A DNA stretch of 64,000 nucleotides from Klebsormidium nitens. Its lineage: Eukaryota; Plantae; Klebsormidiophyceae. Below the pieces are notes generated by a model. The model was not told the DNA's origin and did no database searches. It saw nothing but the letters and a program-made list of their open reading frames with translations. Below, one piece after another: positions 48,668 through 62,253 of this stretch. Position 1 is the stretch's first letter; each line of letters starts with the position of its first letter. The stretch is taken from contig DF236994.1 of NCBI GenBank assembly GCA_000708835.1, positions 223,257-287,256 on the forward strand, given 5' to 3'. The translations under genes were made by a program, and so were the position numbers.

Positions 48668-50169
48668 AGCGGATATAAGAGATGCGTCTGGCGGGGTAGC
48701 GATGCTTGTCTAATTATAGATAGCACCGGTGGGTTGGTTGCGAGAGTTAGAGCCCGAGCTAGCGAGCCGAGCTCCGTGTGTCAAAGTTGTTTGATGGAAG
48801 CGTCCGCTAAGCGTGTAACGAGCAGTTACACGGTCTTGTCTCGCTCGAAGGGAGCCGCTTCGCGACGGTGAAAGAAGCATAGGCGCAGGAATATTGCTTT
48901 GCTTAGATGCATAAGATATTGCTTGCCAAGTTTTGTACGCATGGGATTGATATAATACCAGATGGTCACACATCCCTTTTGTACAAAGTTTTGTCTGAAA
49001 ACTGTGGCGCCTGATATATCTTTCTGTTGCATCCTCAGATGCACCAAAGCCGAGCACGATTTGGACTTGGTGGCAGTAGCCTCCACCAAGGGGCACCCCT
49101 CATTATGTCAAATTTGTATGTAAGCTAGCGTTTGTCGGAAGTCAGATGCGTGTTGAATATTTTTGAAACCGCTTCGAAAAGTCCGTTGAACGTGTCGGCG
49201 GGAATTCAGTAAGCCCATGGATAGACTCACGGCCTCCACGGTGGTTCAATGTGCTTTATGTACGTTTTGCCTACATTGACTCATATCAAACCGAACCTAT
49301 CCTGATACTTGACTCCGGCATTAAGCATGCGTCGCCAGTATCCGGGCGGGGCACGTTGTTAACCACTTATTGTTGCTTGTGCATGCTGCTTGCATGGAAA
49401 TCCTTCCAGGGCGCGGCCATGATCGATATGCACAATTAGCGAGCTCGCATGCACATGCCTGAGGCATGCATGCTTGGGACATGCATGAGCCTAGCTCGTT
49501 CTGACCATGTATACTCATGCGTTAGAGGGCCTGCGCATGCTATAGGGCAGGACTAGACCGGTCCTGCCAGCATCGGCATTGGCATTCGACTAGCGGCGGG
49601 GCGGCTCGCGTGGCCCCCTGACTATATTAGAATTCTTAGCCACGGGTTCATACGTGTGGTAAGGCGCCTTAGTGCGCTAACAAGCCGCCTGGAATTAATA
49701 CATGTACCTAGATGCGCTATGCTGCTGGCATGCATGCAATGCAATGATCATGGTACTAACGCATGAGCGCGCAGCTTAAACAGCCTGGCATGCTCAGTGT
49801 ATGCGTGCATGTGCACAAGTGAGTCGTACACCAAGGATCAAAATACCGTGCCTCCAATGCCAGGCTCTGGCATTACAATATAGACGAACAATATCATCAA
49901 AAGCCAACACAGAGCTAGTCAATCGCATCAAGCTGCGCAATCTGATCCATACAATCTAGCAGTGTGTCGAGGAACTTTGACCTCTGCAATGCGTGTTACA
50001 ACAGGAAAACATTCCCATAACCATGGTCTGGCGCAATTGGCGGCCTGCTCATCATCATCTGTCGTGCGCTCATCGAGATTTGCTGCATCAAAGACAGTCT
50101 CCAAACAGCGGACGAAGTTCGTTACAGAAGCATGGAAAGTTCCTACAACACAACCCATTTTAATGCACA

Positions 50170-53100
50170 CTATCGTACTTGGGTGGCAGAAACCATCAGC
50201 CCGGACACGTCAGCCCCAATCTTGGCAATCTGGTCAACTACGCAGATCTTGCCGGCCATCTCAGGCACGTAGTGCGCGCCCGAGTACGGGCTCTGCACCG
50301 ACCGGCTGCCCTGGTAAATGGGCGTCATGGTCGCCGCACACACGACAAACGGATTGCGGGGCTCGTAGTTGAGCGGCACCTCGTCTTTGGGGGTCTTCTC
50401 GCACGCCTGCAACACCTGCCGCGCCTTGGTGGCGACCTGCGGACAAAATGCAAACCCGCCTCAGCGAATGGACGACGTTTTTCTGCTGCGCATCTTCAAA
50501 CACAAAGCAGATCAATGGAAGAAGAGTTGGGCTAAAGTCGAGTCCATCCAACCACAGAGCACTGTGTGGTGTTTTAGGGTCGAATGCAAGTCAGATTGAT
50601 CTAAATTCCTTACAATCAGTTCCGAATGGGTTGGAAAAGCATATCAGCTCTTCAAAGAGACTTTTGTGAAAGCCACAGGACTTCGACATCATCGCCTCCT
50701 AGAGTTTCGACCCGTGTGCGCGCTTGACAAAGCCAACCACCGCTTGTCCTGCCCGCACAAACCCAGTCCATCGAGCCAACTTCTTAATCGCAAAAAGCCG
50801 TGTGCGGTCCCGACACTTCCGTCTATATAAGATTTTTCCCAATCACGACCCAGTGCGTCCACACTCACCGCGGGTGGCGGGTTGAGCTCCAGCAGGCGGC
50901 GGCAGAAGGTGGCCGCGGTGTTGAAGTTCTTGAGCTTGTAGTTGATGGACATAGCGCTCTGCAGGCTGAGCCGCACGTGCGTCGGCTGCAGTGCGCAGTG
51001 CGTGAAGTAGGCCGCGAGCTCTGCCTGCCGCTGCGGGTCATCTGCGGCCGCCTTGCGCGCGAGCTCAATGCGCAGCGCGTGCACGTACTCCTTGGCGATG
51101 CTCAGGAGCTCCTTCACATCGTCCACCTCCTGCAGGGCGGAGCGAAGGGGCAGGACCAGTGAGAATAGGCACTCGGGCGCTCCTTGGATGGGCTTTGGTA
51201 AAAGCTGTCCCTAAATTGTCCAAACCACAACGCGGTTGCGCAGCAGGTAAGGATGGGCAGGAGGTAAGAGCTTTTGATACGGCTCTGAGATTTGGATGGC
51301 CAGGTATTGAAGCTCCTTTACCTTGATCGAAGGCAGCAAGAGCGCAATCGGCGATACGTGTACCGATGGGATACGAACATTGCCTGTTTAGAAGTAAACC
51401 GCCGATTGCAGGCAGACCTCTCAGTCGGGGAGAAGCGAAGGACACACGGAAGCTCAGATGCAAAAGCCTAAGAGAACAACGGCAAGAAAAGACCACTGTC
51501 GAGGTGCCAATGACAGAGTCGACATCCACACCTGCCACAGTCCACAATTACAAACTTGCACGCTTTCCGTCAACATAGAAAACTTTCAGACGTTGTCTCC
51601 CTGCGTCCCCCACTTTATTCGTCCGCTCTTTCATCACTGCATTCCGCCCACATCGACATCGACAAACGAAACGCCCATATAGAGGGAGGCTCGAGGCTCA
51701 GCCTTCTGCCTTCTCGTTCCTTGGATGTCCCTTCAAGACGATAATGCTTAAAGCGAGTATTGAAAGCAACTAGAGGCGAGAACAAGCTGCGCTTCGGCTT
51801 CCTGGTAACCAAAGCAACTAGAGGCGGGCACGCGCCGCGTTGCGCACCTTCCTCGTCTCCACGACGACGAGCGGGATGGTGTGCAGGATGGTGGTGAACA
51901 GCTTGAGCGCCTCCGTGAACTTGCCCTCCGTCGTCGTCTTGTACGCCACCTTGAGCTTCTCCTCCAGCTGCGGCAGCTTGAACGCCAGCGACGGCGCGCC
52001 GGGGGTGCCCGACACAGACTGCACGGGGACCAGAAGCAGGAGTCAGCATAAGAACACGCTGTCTGCTTTCTACTACAGCGACCCGATGTGAAGGAGTGCT
52101 TTATTGAGGGAGCGCTGCGCAGATAAATTGCAACGTAGCAACCATGGGGCCGTTCCACTCGTCAGCTCTGCGTTGATGCAGCGCTAAAGGCGGCAGAAAA
52201 GGTCACCACGTGCTTGACTGAACCACCTCAGCGGACCTCCTTCGTTGTGTGCCGTTCCCACAAATTAGCACCCTCTCTTCCAAGAAAATTCCTCCTATCA
52301 ATCACCACGAAACGATTGCTCTTCCAGCCAGAAGGACCCGGTCCCCACCTGCTCGGTCCAGCCCTTCTCCACGCCAAAGCTCGCGCTCGGCATGCCCGCG
52401 ACGCCCGGCACGAACGTGTGGCTCGCCAGGAACGCCTCCATGAAGTACGGCTTGAGCGGCTCGAACGCGGCCGCGCCGATCTGCCGGCTGAGCAGCCGGA
52501 ACGCGGTGTCAAACGCGCCCGCCGCGGCGTGCTCTCCGGCCAGAGACGACTTCTGGGTCCAGCGCTGGGTGAGCGGAACGCCGGCCGAGGGCGTGACGAA
52601 GAAGGAGCTGTCCGCGGGGCCGACGTCGGTCTCGCCGCCGGCGGGGAGGTCCAGGTCGTCGACGCCGCCCCAGCCGCCCTCGGCGTCGTCGCCCTCCTCG
52701 GCCTCGACCTGCGCAGAGGACTTGAGTATTGCGACAAGCACACGGGAACTTAGAAACCGGCCTGGTTCTCTCATTTGCAGCGAAACGAAAGTAACTCTTC
52801 GATTTTGCATGCTTTTGTTCCACAGTTGATGCACGTTTCGTACAGATCCACTCTGCGGAACGAATCAAACTGCGACTCCAACGGTTTGCTGGCTTCCAGT
52901 AGTTCTGTTGACTTGCAAGCCGTGGGAACAAGTACGCGCTCTATCTACTCGAGCCGTTCTGCATCAACGGAGGGGAAAGCATCTGGGAAAGCATCCTTTC
53001 GGCAGTGCTCCTTCGAACTTCGGATGCAGGGAACTTTGGAACTCGCGACAAAGCATTTACATTAACGACGGACGCCCCAACATGAGCTCTCAAAGGTCTT

Positions 53101-56100
53101 TCTTCCAACAACAGTCAGCAAACCAGAATACCACGCACCTCCTCGCCGGCATCGCCTTGGTCTCCGTCCAGTGTCTCGGGCATGTCGGCCTCCTCGCCCC
53201 ACGCGCCCTTCTCCTCCTCCTGCTCCGGCGCCTCCTCTCCTTCGATGGCCCCCTCGAAGAAGCCCTTCTGCACCAGCAGCAGCGGCCAGTTGTTCTCGCG
53301 CAGTACTGGAGTGGGCGGCGCCAGTAGGTGGCATTTCGCGGCGTCCGGGACCGGGGGGAGCGCCTCTTCCTTCGCCTGGAAGTCCGCCTCCAGCTCTTCT
53401 GCGACCTCCGTCAGGCCGTGCACCTGGGAGGAGCGGAACGGAAACGGGCTTAGGCAAAAAAGACTATTCCGAGGGAGACATCGGCCAACGCACGGGTCCG
53501 ACAAGGGATGGAAGGTTAACGCTTGAAAGACGAAACGTGTGAGCCAGTTCAGTACAACTCCGCTTGAAACAAATGACACTCATCGTGCACCATGATGACG
53601 GATGTGACGGGGACATTTTTGAAGACTGCTACTCAGTCGACCCTTTCAAGGAGGGAGAACTCTAGATGACCTAGGAACAGCCGAGAACGGCGTTATCACT
53701 CTTGAGAATATCTTAGATGCAATCAAAGTCCGGAAAAAGCAGTTAGCAGAAAAGCGGCACGTCCGGGCTGCAAACTTACCTAAAAAGGAGAGGGTATGCT
53801 GCAATGCACCGAGAAGAGCAATTGTTTACCAATCGGACAAAGTAAAGCAGCGCAAAGTGCTCTCTGTCCATACCTTGGCAGTGACGTAGGCGAGGGGCCG
53901 GTGGCCGGCCTCCTGCAGGATCTTGACCCGCTCGGCGGCGTTCCCCAGGTAGAGCGCGTTGTGGAAGCAGCCCATAACGTCCTGGCGCATCTCGGCGATC
54001 TTGAGCATGGTGGCCAGCTTGTCCAGGTTGCCCGTGATCAGGTACAGGAACGACAGGCGCTCGAAGCTCTTGGTCTTCTGGTACGAAAACTCCACAATCT
54101 GCGGCACAAAAGGGGGTCTTGCTCAGGACCAGAGGGGCAGACTTAGCATGACGTTAAAAAGATAATCTGTGGTTCAGAATGCCAGGTCTGCAGTCCTAGA
54201 TTGGATACTTAGGCTCGGCGCATGCAAGAACGGAGGAGGTTCTTGTGCTATCCAGCCAGTACGGAAAAATCAACAGACTTCTACTACAGCAAGAGAACAA
54301 GCTTGACCTCCAGAAGCGTTTTAAAGTCCGTACGTGCACAAGAGATTCTGGCACCGGCTTAGCATTTCCCAGGCGTTTGGTAGGAAGGAAGCTGCCGAGC
54401 AAGGCGCAGGCTGGACTCCGTCTACTCAAACACTCAGAGAACCAGTACCAAAAATTGGACGGAACCAAAGCAATCAATCACAAATCGAATGCCAGTTGCT
54501 AACAGTACTGTCCCCTCACCTCGTAGTTGCCCTGGCGCAGCGCCTCCACCCCGAGCTTGTACCAGTAGTCGTTCTCGTCGATCTCGTGGCAGCTCTGCAG
54601 CGCGACCTCGATGTTGCCGCACTCGATGGCCAGGTTGAAGCGCGTGCGCTCGTCCTTGACGAAGTGGAGGGCCACCTCGGGGAAGCCCTTCTGCTGCAGG
54701 TATGCAATGATGGACTGCCCGCACAGCTGGCTGCCGCGGATCATCTGGAGCACCAGGTCGTACTTGCGCTGCAGGAGAGCGAAGGAGCATGATAATATTA
54801 GAGAAAGGAGTGACAAAGAGAGGTTTGGTTGCATAGCGGTGGTCGGAAGATTCTCAATCGGGGCTGAGACAATAGAGTGAATACTACGTGCTCTATGCGT
54901 ACAAAAAGCTCCGAATATTGATGGATGCAAGCAAAAGGACGTCCGTCATAATCATTACGCTAATTATGCACTAGATGTTTTCGATTGGATGTCTTGATAC
55001 CTTGACATGCTATCGAGACACCTCTTGACAACAGGCAATCAAACAACGTGATAGAAGGTGCAAAGGTGGCAACAGGGCCAGCCACGTCAGTCCCCACACC
55101 AAGTAGAGTCTGTCAAAGCAAGCAACATTTAAAGCCTTCTCTGGGCTGCTGCTCAAGATCCTCTCGTAGACTTTGCAGGCGGTGTCGGTTGGCCACAGCA
55201 TGTCTACAAGGTGAAATGAGCGTCTGCTGCTTCGCCCCTTGCAACAAAGCCCTCTTTCCTCACCTGGATGAGCGCGAGCTTGAACATGAACTCGGTGGTG
55301 TCGATCTGGATGGTGCGCGTCTTGCCGTCGCGGTCGAGGCAGAAGACCGAGTTGCCAAACACGCGCGTGATGTATACGGGCACGTCGAGCGTGCGGATGA
55401 TCCCGCTGTCGCCGTTGGGCAGGCAGTACTTGATGTGGTTCAGCGTGGTGTAGATAAACACGCCGCTGTCGTCCCACGCGCCGCTCTTCACCCGGATCGT
55501 CTCGTGCACCGTGCACTTGTGCGCCAGCTTCTTGCTCGCGATGATGATCGCGTGCTTGCTCAGCAGCGCCACGCTGTTGTTGTCGTTGGACCACACGACG
55601 TACTTGATGAACGGCGTCGCCAGCTCCGCGATCGTGCTCTTCTGCTGCACGTCCAGCATCACCACCTTGTCGTCCGAGCGGCACAGCACGCTCCCCGTCC
55701 CCGCATAGAAGATCGCGTCCGTTGTCGCGCCGGGGGGGGTCACCTTCTTCGTCACCTCGTTGCGCAGGTTCTTAATCAGGATCTGGTTGTGCGCCTTGTC
55801 GAGCACCGCAAACCGGTTGCGCGCCACAAACACCGCCGAGCTGCCGGACCCCTTCTTGGCCTCCTGCGTGTCCCCCCGTCCGGCCGCGTCCTTGGGCACA
55901 ATGTACAGCTCATACGACCCCCCGTCGTGGTCGCTGCACACGAGCACTGCGTTCTCGGCCGGGTTGTAGTGCAGCGAGCGGGGGCCCGCGCTGCCGCTCG
56001 TCCCCGCGCGCCGGATTGCGACCAGGGGGTTGTCGCGCGTCGTGCCGTACTCAAACGTGCGCAGATAGCGGTCCTTGACGTAGTACAGCGTGTTGCCGTG

Positions 56101-57852
56101 GCTCGCGTACGCGGGGCGCTCGCGCTCGAGCTTGAAGACAATCATGCCGCTGTCGTGGCCAGCCGCGAGCAGGTTCATCTCGGGGTGCGCGGCAAGGATC
56201 CAGAAGCGGTCGTGCTCGCGCCGGAACGTCTGGACGCCCGTGCGCTTGGACATGTCCCACACGCGGATGCTCTTGTCCTCCGAGTTGGAGACGATGATGT
56301 CCTGGCGCGCGTGGAACATGACGCACGAGACATTGTTGACGTGGCCGCGCAGGGTGTCCACCTCCCAGGCCTTGGTGTCTGCCGTCAACAGGGAAAGCAA
56401 GTGTGAAATTCGTAGGGCAACACTAAAAGGGTGGATATAACTGGTGCAGTGTTGATTCTGTGTGCCAGGGGAGCATCAGAGAGGAAGGGTCACTGTGCAG
56501 AAGACCTTTTTCTTAGTTTTAATGTCCTTCTGATGATCAAACAGGGAATCTGGCTGCCTGATTGAAGAGATGATATAACTTTGAGAAACACGCAACATGG
56601 CTCTGCCACGCAGGAATGATAGATGAATAAAATTGGCTAAATGGGAGCTCAGATCGACGAGCCTTGGCCAATCAAGCCCGTACATCTGTCAAGCGGGCTA
56701 GGGTTTCAGATGGTGTTAACTTACAGAAAGGGCCACTCAGAAGGATTCTATTCAGCGGTGCTTAGGCAAAAACCTGGGCACTTTATATGCCCCTTGACCT
56801 TGATGCTTGGACCTCGTTGGAAACTTCCTAACCTGCCATTGCGCAATGCAAGAGGATACTTTTCAGAACTGGCGCCAATTCAGCAGATCAAGCTCACCAT
56901 TCATACGCCACAGCTTGACCTGTCTGTCGTCCGCGCCAGACACAATCAGGGGCAAAGTGGGATGGAACGCGGCCCAGTTGACGCCCCTGTCGTGCCCCTC
57001 CAGGACATACTTGACAATGGCATCCCCGCCACCAAAAAGGTCGGTGTTCATCTGGGGCAGGCGGAGGATATCCTCCGCAGGGGAGACCGTCTTCTTGCGG
57101 AGCGCAGAGATGTCCCAGACGCGCACTGTCTGGTCCAGCGACGCTGAGACCACGAGGTCCTCCTTGATGTGGAAGGCCGCGCACATGACATAGTGGTTGT
57201 GCCCGGTGAGGACTGAGATGCAGTTGCGGGACTGCCAGTTCCAAATGCGGATGGTCTGGTCGTCGCTGGCGCTGACGATCCAGGGGTACTCCTGGTGGAA
57301 TTGCACCGTCCGGATGTAGTCCAGGTGGCCGAGCAGCGTGAAGAGGCACCGGCGCATTTTGTAGTTCCACACCTTGATCTTGTAGTCATCGCCTGCGGAC
57401 AGAAGATTCTCATCATGCATTCGCCACGTGGGTTCTTGAGCTGGCGAACACGCTAACCATAAACTCACATGTGTTCCACAATGCAAGCTTGATCAGCTCA
57501 ATTGCATTTGATTGTGATCTTGCTTAAATTGCTTCAAAGTTTCTACTTGTACAATCAACTTCCTGCAGATGCTCTATGCGGTATCTTCAAGCATTTGGCA
57601 GAAGTGCAAAATCCTCTTCTTATCGAGCAGAACGATCTGCTTACCTCCAGACACAAACAGAGGTTGTGACTTATGGAAGTGGACCCCTCGCACAGGTCCA
57701 TCATGCTCATCAAACCGATCGATCAAGGTCCCCATCCGATAATCCCATAATTGGATCACCCCGCTGTGCAAACTTGCAAGAATCCATGGCCTTTTGGGAT
57801 GAAAACTCAGACCCTTGACCCTGTTGCTTTTGGTCTCAAATTTGGTCAACAT
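50170..57852 (-). CDS. COPA: Coatomer subunit alpha. Exons 57852-57645, 57392-56898, 56378-55264, 54768-54520, 54098-53874, 53423-53139, 52708-52349, 52018-51848, 51129-50869, 50436-50170
   Basis: Start [45 protein letters not shown]40 repeats, [26 protein letters not shown] and C-terminal [13 protein letters not shown]. All junctions are GT-AG and in phase. Confidence 0.98.
51763..51826. repeat. 16-bp direct repeat in a COPA intron
   Basis: AAAGCAACTAGAGGCG at 51763 and 51811. Confidence 0.8.
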
Positions 57853-58742
57853 CTTTGTGGCAGCTTATTGACAACTGGAGAGATCTGTTGCTGGTGGTTC
57901 TGTCCTGCGGCCTGATTGATTGCCAGGCAGATGATTATCCTCATTCAATCGTGACTAGCCGAACAGACTCTTCAATACCTAGGCCTGCAGGAAGCAATGC
58001 AGCTTGCCCTTGGCCATAAAGAAACTCCACGCCCCCTGCTTTGCTCTTCCTCTCGTCAAAAGAGCCACAAGCAAAACAGCTCTGATTCTGAACAGAGAAG
58101 GCAGGAGAGTCGCCGTCGAGACTGCAGCTAGGGTTGCCACCTAGCTTCTGGAACAAATGGAGGGAAAATCGCGTTGAAGGACTTCGTATATGCATCGGGG
58201 ATGGGTAACATAGGACACGTGAACAGCACCTCTCTTATAAGTATATGGACAGCGGGGACAGTGCTCGCAGGTGAATGTCACCCGCTTGATCCAGGACAAT
58301 CCGCCCGGGACATGTCATCGGTCAATTAGTTGGTCGATAGGTTATCAGCTGGAAATCTGGGTGACCTGTTCATACGGGGGCAGTCTGGGAGCTGTATTGA
58401 AAAGCATTTCACAAATTTTTCGAGTTTTCCTGGACCTCAGCGATCAGACTCAGAGTTGGTCACTTGGTGTTGACATCAGAAGCTCAGTTCTGCCTTAGGC
58501 TTTGGACAGCTCCGCTCCAGCTCCACTTCAGCCGGAGGGCTCGCAGCTCAGCAACAGAATGCTGAGGTTGTAGGCGATGCGGATGCTGTAAAGAAGCGTC
58601 CGACGGGTATTCTTCCCCACTGAAGGCGTACTTATATGGTAGCGGTCAACGCATCTCAAAAAGTTCATTAGCGCCTTGTTTTTTGGTTCGAAACAGAACA
58701 GCACACAAACCCAGTGACAGGATTTGTCACCAAATCTGCAAG

Positions 58743-61700
58743 ATGGAGAGCCCAGCACCAGGAAAAGATCCTGCAAACAGCAAAGCTTCAGACTCTGAAG
58801 CAGCCAATGCGCTGAAACAGATGGAAAAGATGGCTCTTTTCATGAAGCCTGAAGATATGCCGGAAGATCCTTCTCAAAATGATGACTTGGCTGCCATTCA
58901 GGCCCTCATATATGATGACCAGACGCCTGAAGAGATTGCTGAGAACTTCAAGGTAGGGCAAGCATCGAGGCCGTGATTTGTGGGGGCTCAGTTGGTAAAA
59001 GGAAGTGTTGGAACATCAAATGCAAATTTGCAATAGGACTTAGTACCACCACCCAGACATAGCGGCAGCTGCGTGCGTCTTGCTGTGCAACTGGTGGCGC
59101 CGCTTTTGACTGTTTTCTTGAGCACGATACGAAGATGAAGACTGATCGTCCATCAAATGATACAATGGGGACGACTTCCTCCTCGGCTCTACTTGCAGGA
59201 TCAGGGCAACCATGCTTTGACAAAACATAAGCGGTTCATACCCGACGCTGTCAAGTTTTACACACAAGCGATCGACCAAAAGGTCGAAGACCCAGTCAGA
59301 AACTCCATCTACTATGCCAACAGAAGTCACGCAAACCTTCTCCTTGGTATGTTTGCTCCGACCACCATGGAGAGCCAACTGTTACTTTGTTATTGCTTGC
59401 CAAAGCTTTTCCGCTGAAAGTGGTAGATTTGTGCGATCCAATCTGATGCAAGTATTCCTCAAGACTTGCATCTGTCGGGTCTGATCTGCTGATTCAAAAC
59501 ACTTGCTTGATCATTGCTCGATCATGTTTTTTGAATCTTCACATGGCCCTCTTGGGATGGTCAGAAGATTCACTGGAGCTCGCGAGTCTCATCTTTCTCA
59601 CCGTTGATTGTCCAGGATGCAGGAAACTATCGGAGGGCTTTACAAGACAGCCAAGAAGCTGTACGCCTTAATCCAGACAATATAAAGGTCAGGTGCCAGT
59701 GGTCAGATTGTCCCCTTACTTTCATGGTGCGGTAGAAGTCAGGGACAGTATCGCTCTTATGCTTCAGAGTCTTTACAGTACTGATCAGAAGGCCAACATG
59801 CAAAGGAAGCTGCTCGAGATTGTGATGCCACGCAGAAAGGAAGATGTTTACACTTAGTCAAAGGAACAGCTCTCGACCATTGTCTGAACGCTGGCATAGC
59901 TCCTTGAGATTCCTCCTGCTAAAGCGGGACGTTGATTTATGTAGGCGTACTTTCGAGCTGCAAAGGCCGCCTTCAATTTAGGGGAATACGACGAAGCGGT
60001 TCAGCAAGCTATGGCTGGCTTAGAAAGTAAGCAAAGGTCTCATGTGTGCCGTACAAAGAAAACGAGTCTGACATAGAGAAGTCGGTGAGGAAGTTGCAAT
60101 TTCTGATGTGTGCAAGTTATTGTCTTCTGATGGTTTTGTCTTGCTCCGACATCTTTCTCAACGAAGAGCACGGCGTTGATGAGTTGGCTCGATGAGACAT
60201 CTACTGGTTCGAAGCAGGGACTAATATGTTGGCCTCCATTCGTCAATGCAGAAGACCCAGAAAATGAGGAACTTCGGAAGTGGAAAGAAAAAGCAGAGAA
60301 AGAAGTTGCTGGTAAGTGTAACAGACTCCCTTTGCTGGGTTACTACTAGCCCAATGGCACGCTGTCTTCCCTGCTTCACATCTCATATCTTGGCTTGAAA
60401 GGAGCGACTCTCATTATCAAATCCTTGGCTTTTCTTGGTGCTTCAATGTTCCGGGCTGTCGAGTGTTTCGCAACGTAAACACGTCGTTCTCGCTTCTGCA
60501 GTCACAAGAGCGCGGCGAGATCGAGAAGCTAAGGCCTTGGCTGACTCGCAGGTGGGTCCTTCTGCGGCGCTTTCAGGCGATGGTGACCAAGCACTTCTGC
60601 TTTGGACGTATTGGTCGTAAGGAACAAATAGCAGAGGTCGAGCTAGTCGTAACTGGTTCTTTAGACTTTTGACCAAGGCTTTTGACCCTGACTTGTTGCA
60701 GCACACATTGGAAATTGTGCCTTTTTGTTCGTCACCCTGACGAAGTGACAACAAATCTGAAAGACTCCTTGACTTTCTATGGTGCACAGCGTCTAGCCAA
60801 GGCCCTAGTGGAACGCGAAGTGAAAGTGGGGCCGCCTGCGTACAAGCAACAGAGGGGCGGGAAGGTGCCTTGGATCGACGAAAGCAACCTGGTGAGCCGA
60901 AGTTCAGATCGTGACTCCTTCTTTCTGCCTTCCCTGATGGTAGCACTTTCCTTGAGGCGGCCAGTTCGTGCTTGGAGAAGCTCGGTCACAGGCGCGAGCA
61001 AGACTGCGATGCTCGAGTCTTCTTCGCTTTTCTTTCCTCAAACGGAACATCGTTGGCACTGCTCGATTCAAAAGAGCCCCACCCCTCGCGGAACTGAGTA
61101 AGGACTTCGTGGCCGGAATTGCTCAATTGCTGATCAAGCACTCTTGTATGCAGATCCACTGGCCGGTTCTCTTCGTCTACGGCGAGACGATGGTGACGGA
61201 CTTCATCGAGGACTTCATGGAGACGGACAACTTCCGTTTCCATCTCGACGACATGTTTGGGGACGGAGCCCCTCCGCTTGCGTGGGACCAACGGCGGGAG
61301 TACACCCGAGATCGAGTGCAGCTCTATTACCAGGTGAGCTGCCTGATCGGCATGGCCTGAGCAGAGTCGATCAGAGAAAGTCTTGACTTCGATGCTTCTA
61401 TAGGATGCAATAGTTTTCCTCAAGATCAATCCAAAGAGGTCGTTCGGCTTACCTCTCTAGCTACCCTTGTGCCTTTTTGGTCTCTAATGATCACAGTTGA
61501 TTGCTGACGGCTCTTGAAGACACGTCTGTCGTCGATGCGCTTTCCGGGGTGCTTTTGACCGTCCCGCGCTGTATGCGTGCTAAAAGTAAGCGTAAACTCA
61601 ATCTGCAGGAAAACGCTATGAAGCCGTTGCCCCAGACGAGGTGGCCAGAGGTGTTCCTGTCAGACCCGGGGGCAACAGCGGCTGCCGAAACAGTCGAAGA

Positions 61701-62253
61701 CGCTGCCACATCTACTTCTTTTGTGACGCATCCGGAAGACAGGAGGTGGAGGAGAATTGAGGAGCAAGATACTCTGGGGGCAATCTTGGCACGGCCTGGC
61801 CACGTGATCCCAGGCATCCCAGGTGACAACCCGAGCTTTTCGTGCTTCGACATTCTTCCTGAGTTATCGAAGTGGGCCCATCAATGAGGACGCTGCTTGC
61901 TTCCAGATCCGCAACGTTCTTGATGGATTTCGTTGGTGTTGTGGTGGCGATCAAAGCCTCATCTGTTGTGGACAAGGAAGCAATCTCAAAGCTTGGTTCA
62001 GCCCTCATTGAATGCTTTTAATCCTCTGGTAAGAGACCTGTTCTTATCCTGTTTTTGCTGTCTAGTTCACTGAGGCTTTACTCAAAGAGGATGCTGCTCC
62101 TTCCGTTCCGAGAGCTGAAATCACGGTTGGAATACCGTGAGTGTCTGCCTTATGATTCTAAAATCCGGCTGCTTGCTTGCAGTGTTCTACGTCACGTCTG
62201 AAAACAGCTCCTTCGCCAGTCGGATGTCAAATGGTCAATGGGTGCCACCCTAG
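58743..62253 (+). CDS. TTC4: TTC4/Cns1-family TPR Hsp90/Hsp70 co-chaperone. Exons 58743-58952, 59199-59346, 59623-59687, 59945-60026, 60252-60311, 60502-60551, 60790-60891, 61154-61333, 61609-61822, 62183-62253
   Basis: EIAENFKDQGN, YTQAI..YANRSHANLLLGNYRRAL, KAYFRAAKA (TPRs), IHWPVLFVYGETMVTDFIEDF and GHVIPGIPVFYV (wheel-domain-type motifs). Phases are consistent. Confidence 0.9.

Noticed and set aside
55048-56406. Long 452-aa plus-strand ORF and similar long ORFs opposite genes (e.g. 20256-21107, 33574-34656, 36641-37243, 5267-5815)
   Set aside because: These are antisense shadows of GC3-rich exons of COPA, RNJ, the LRR gene and COG4, with no recognisable domains.
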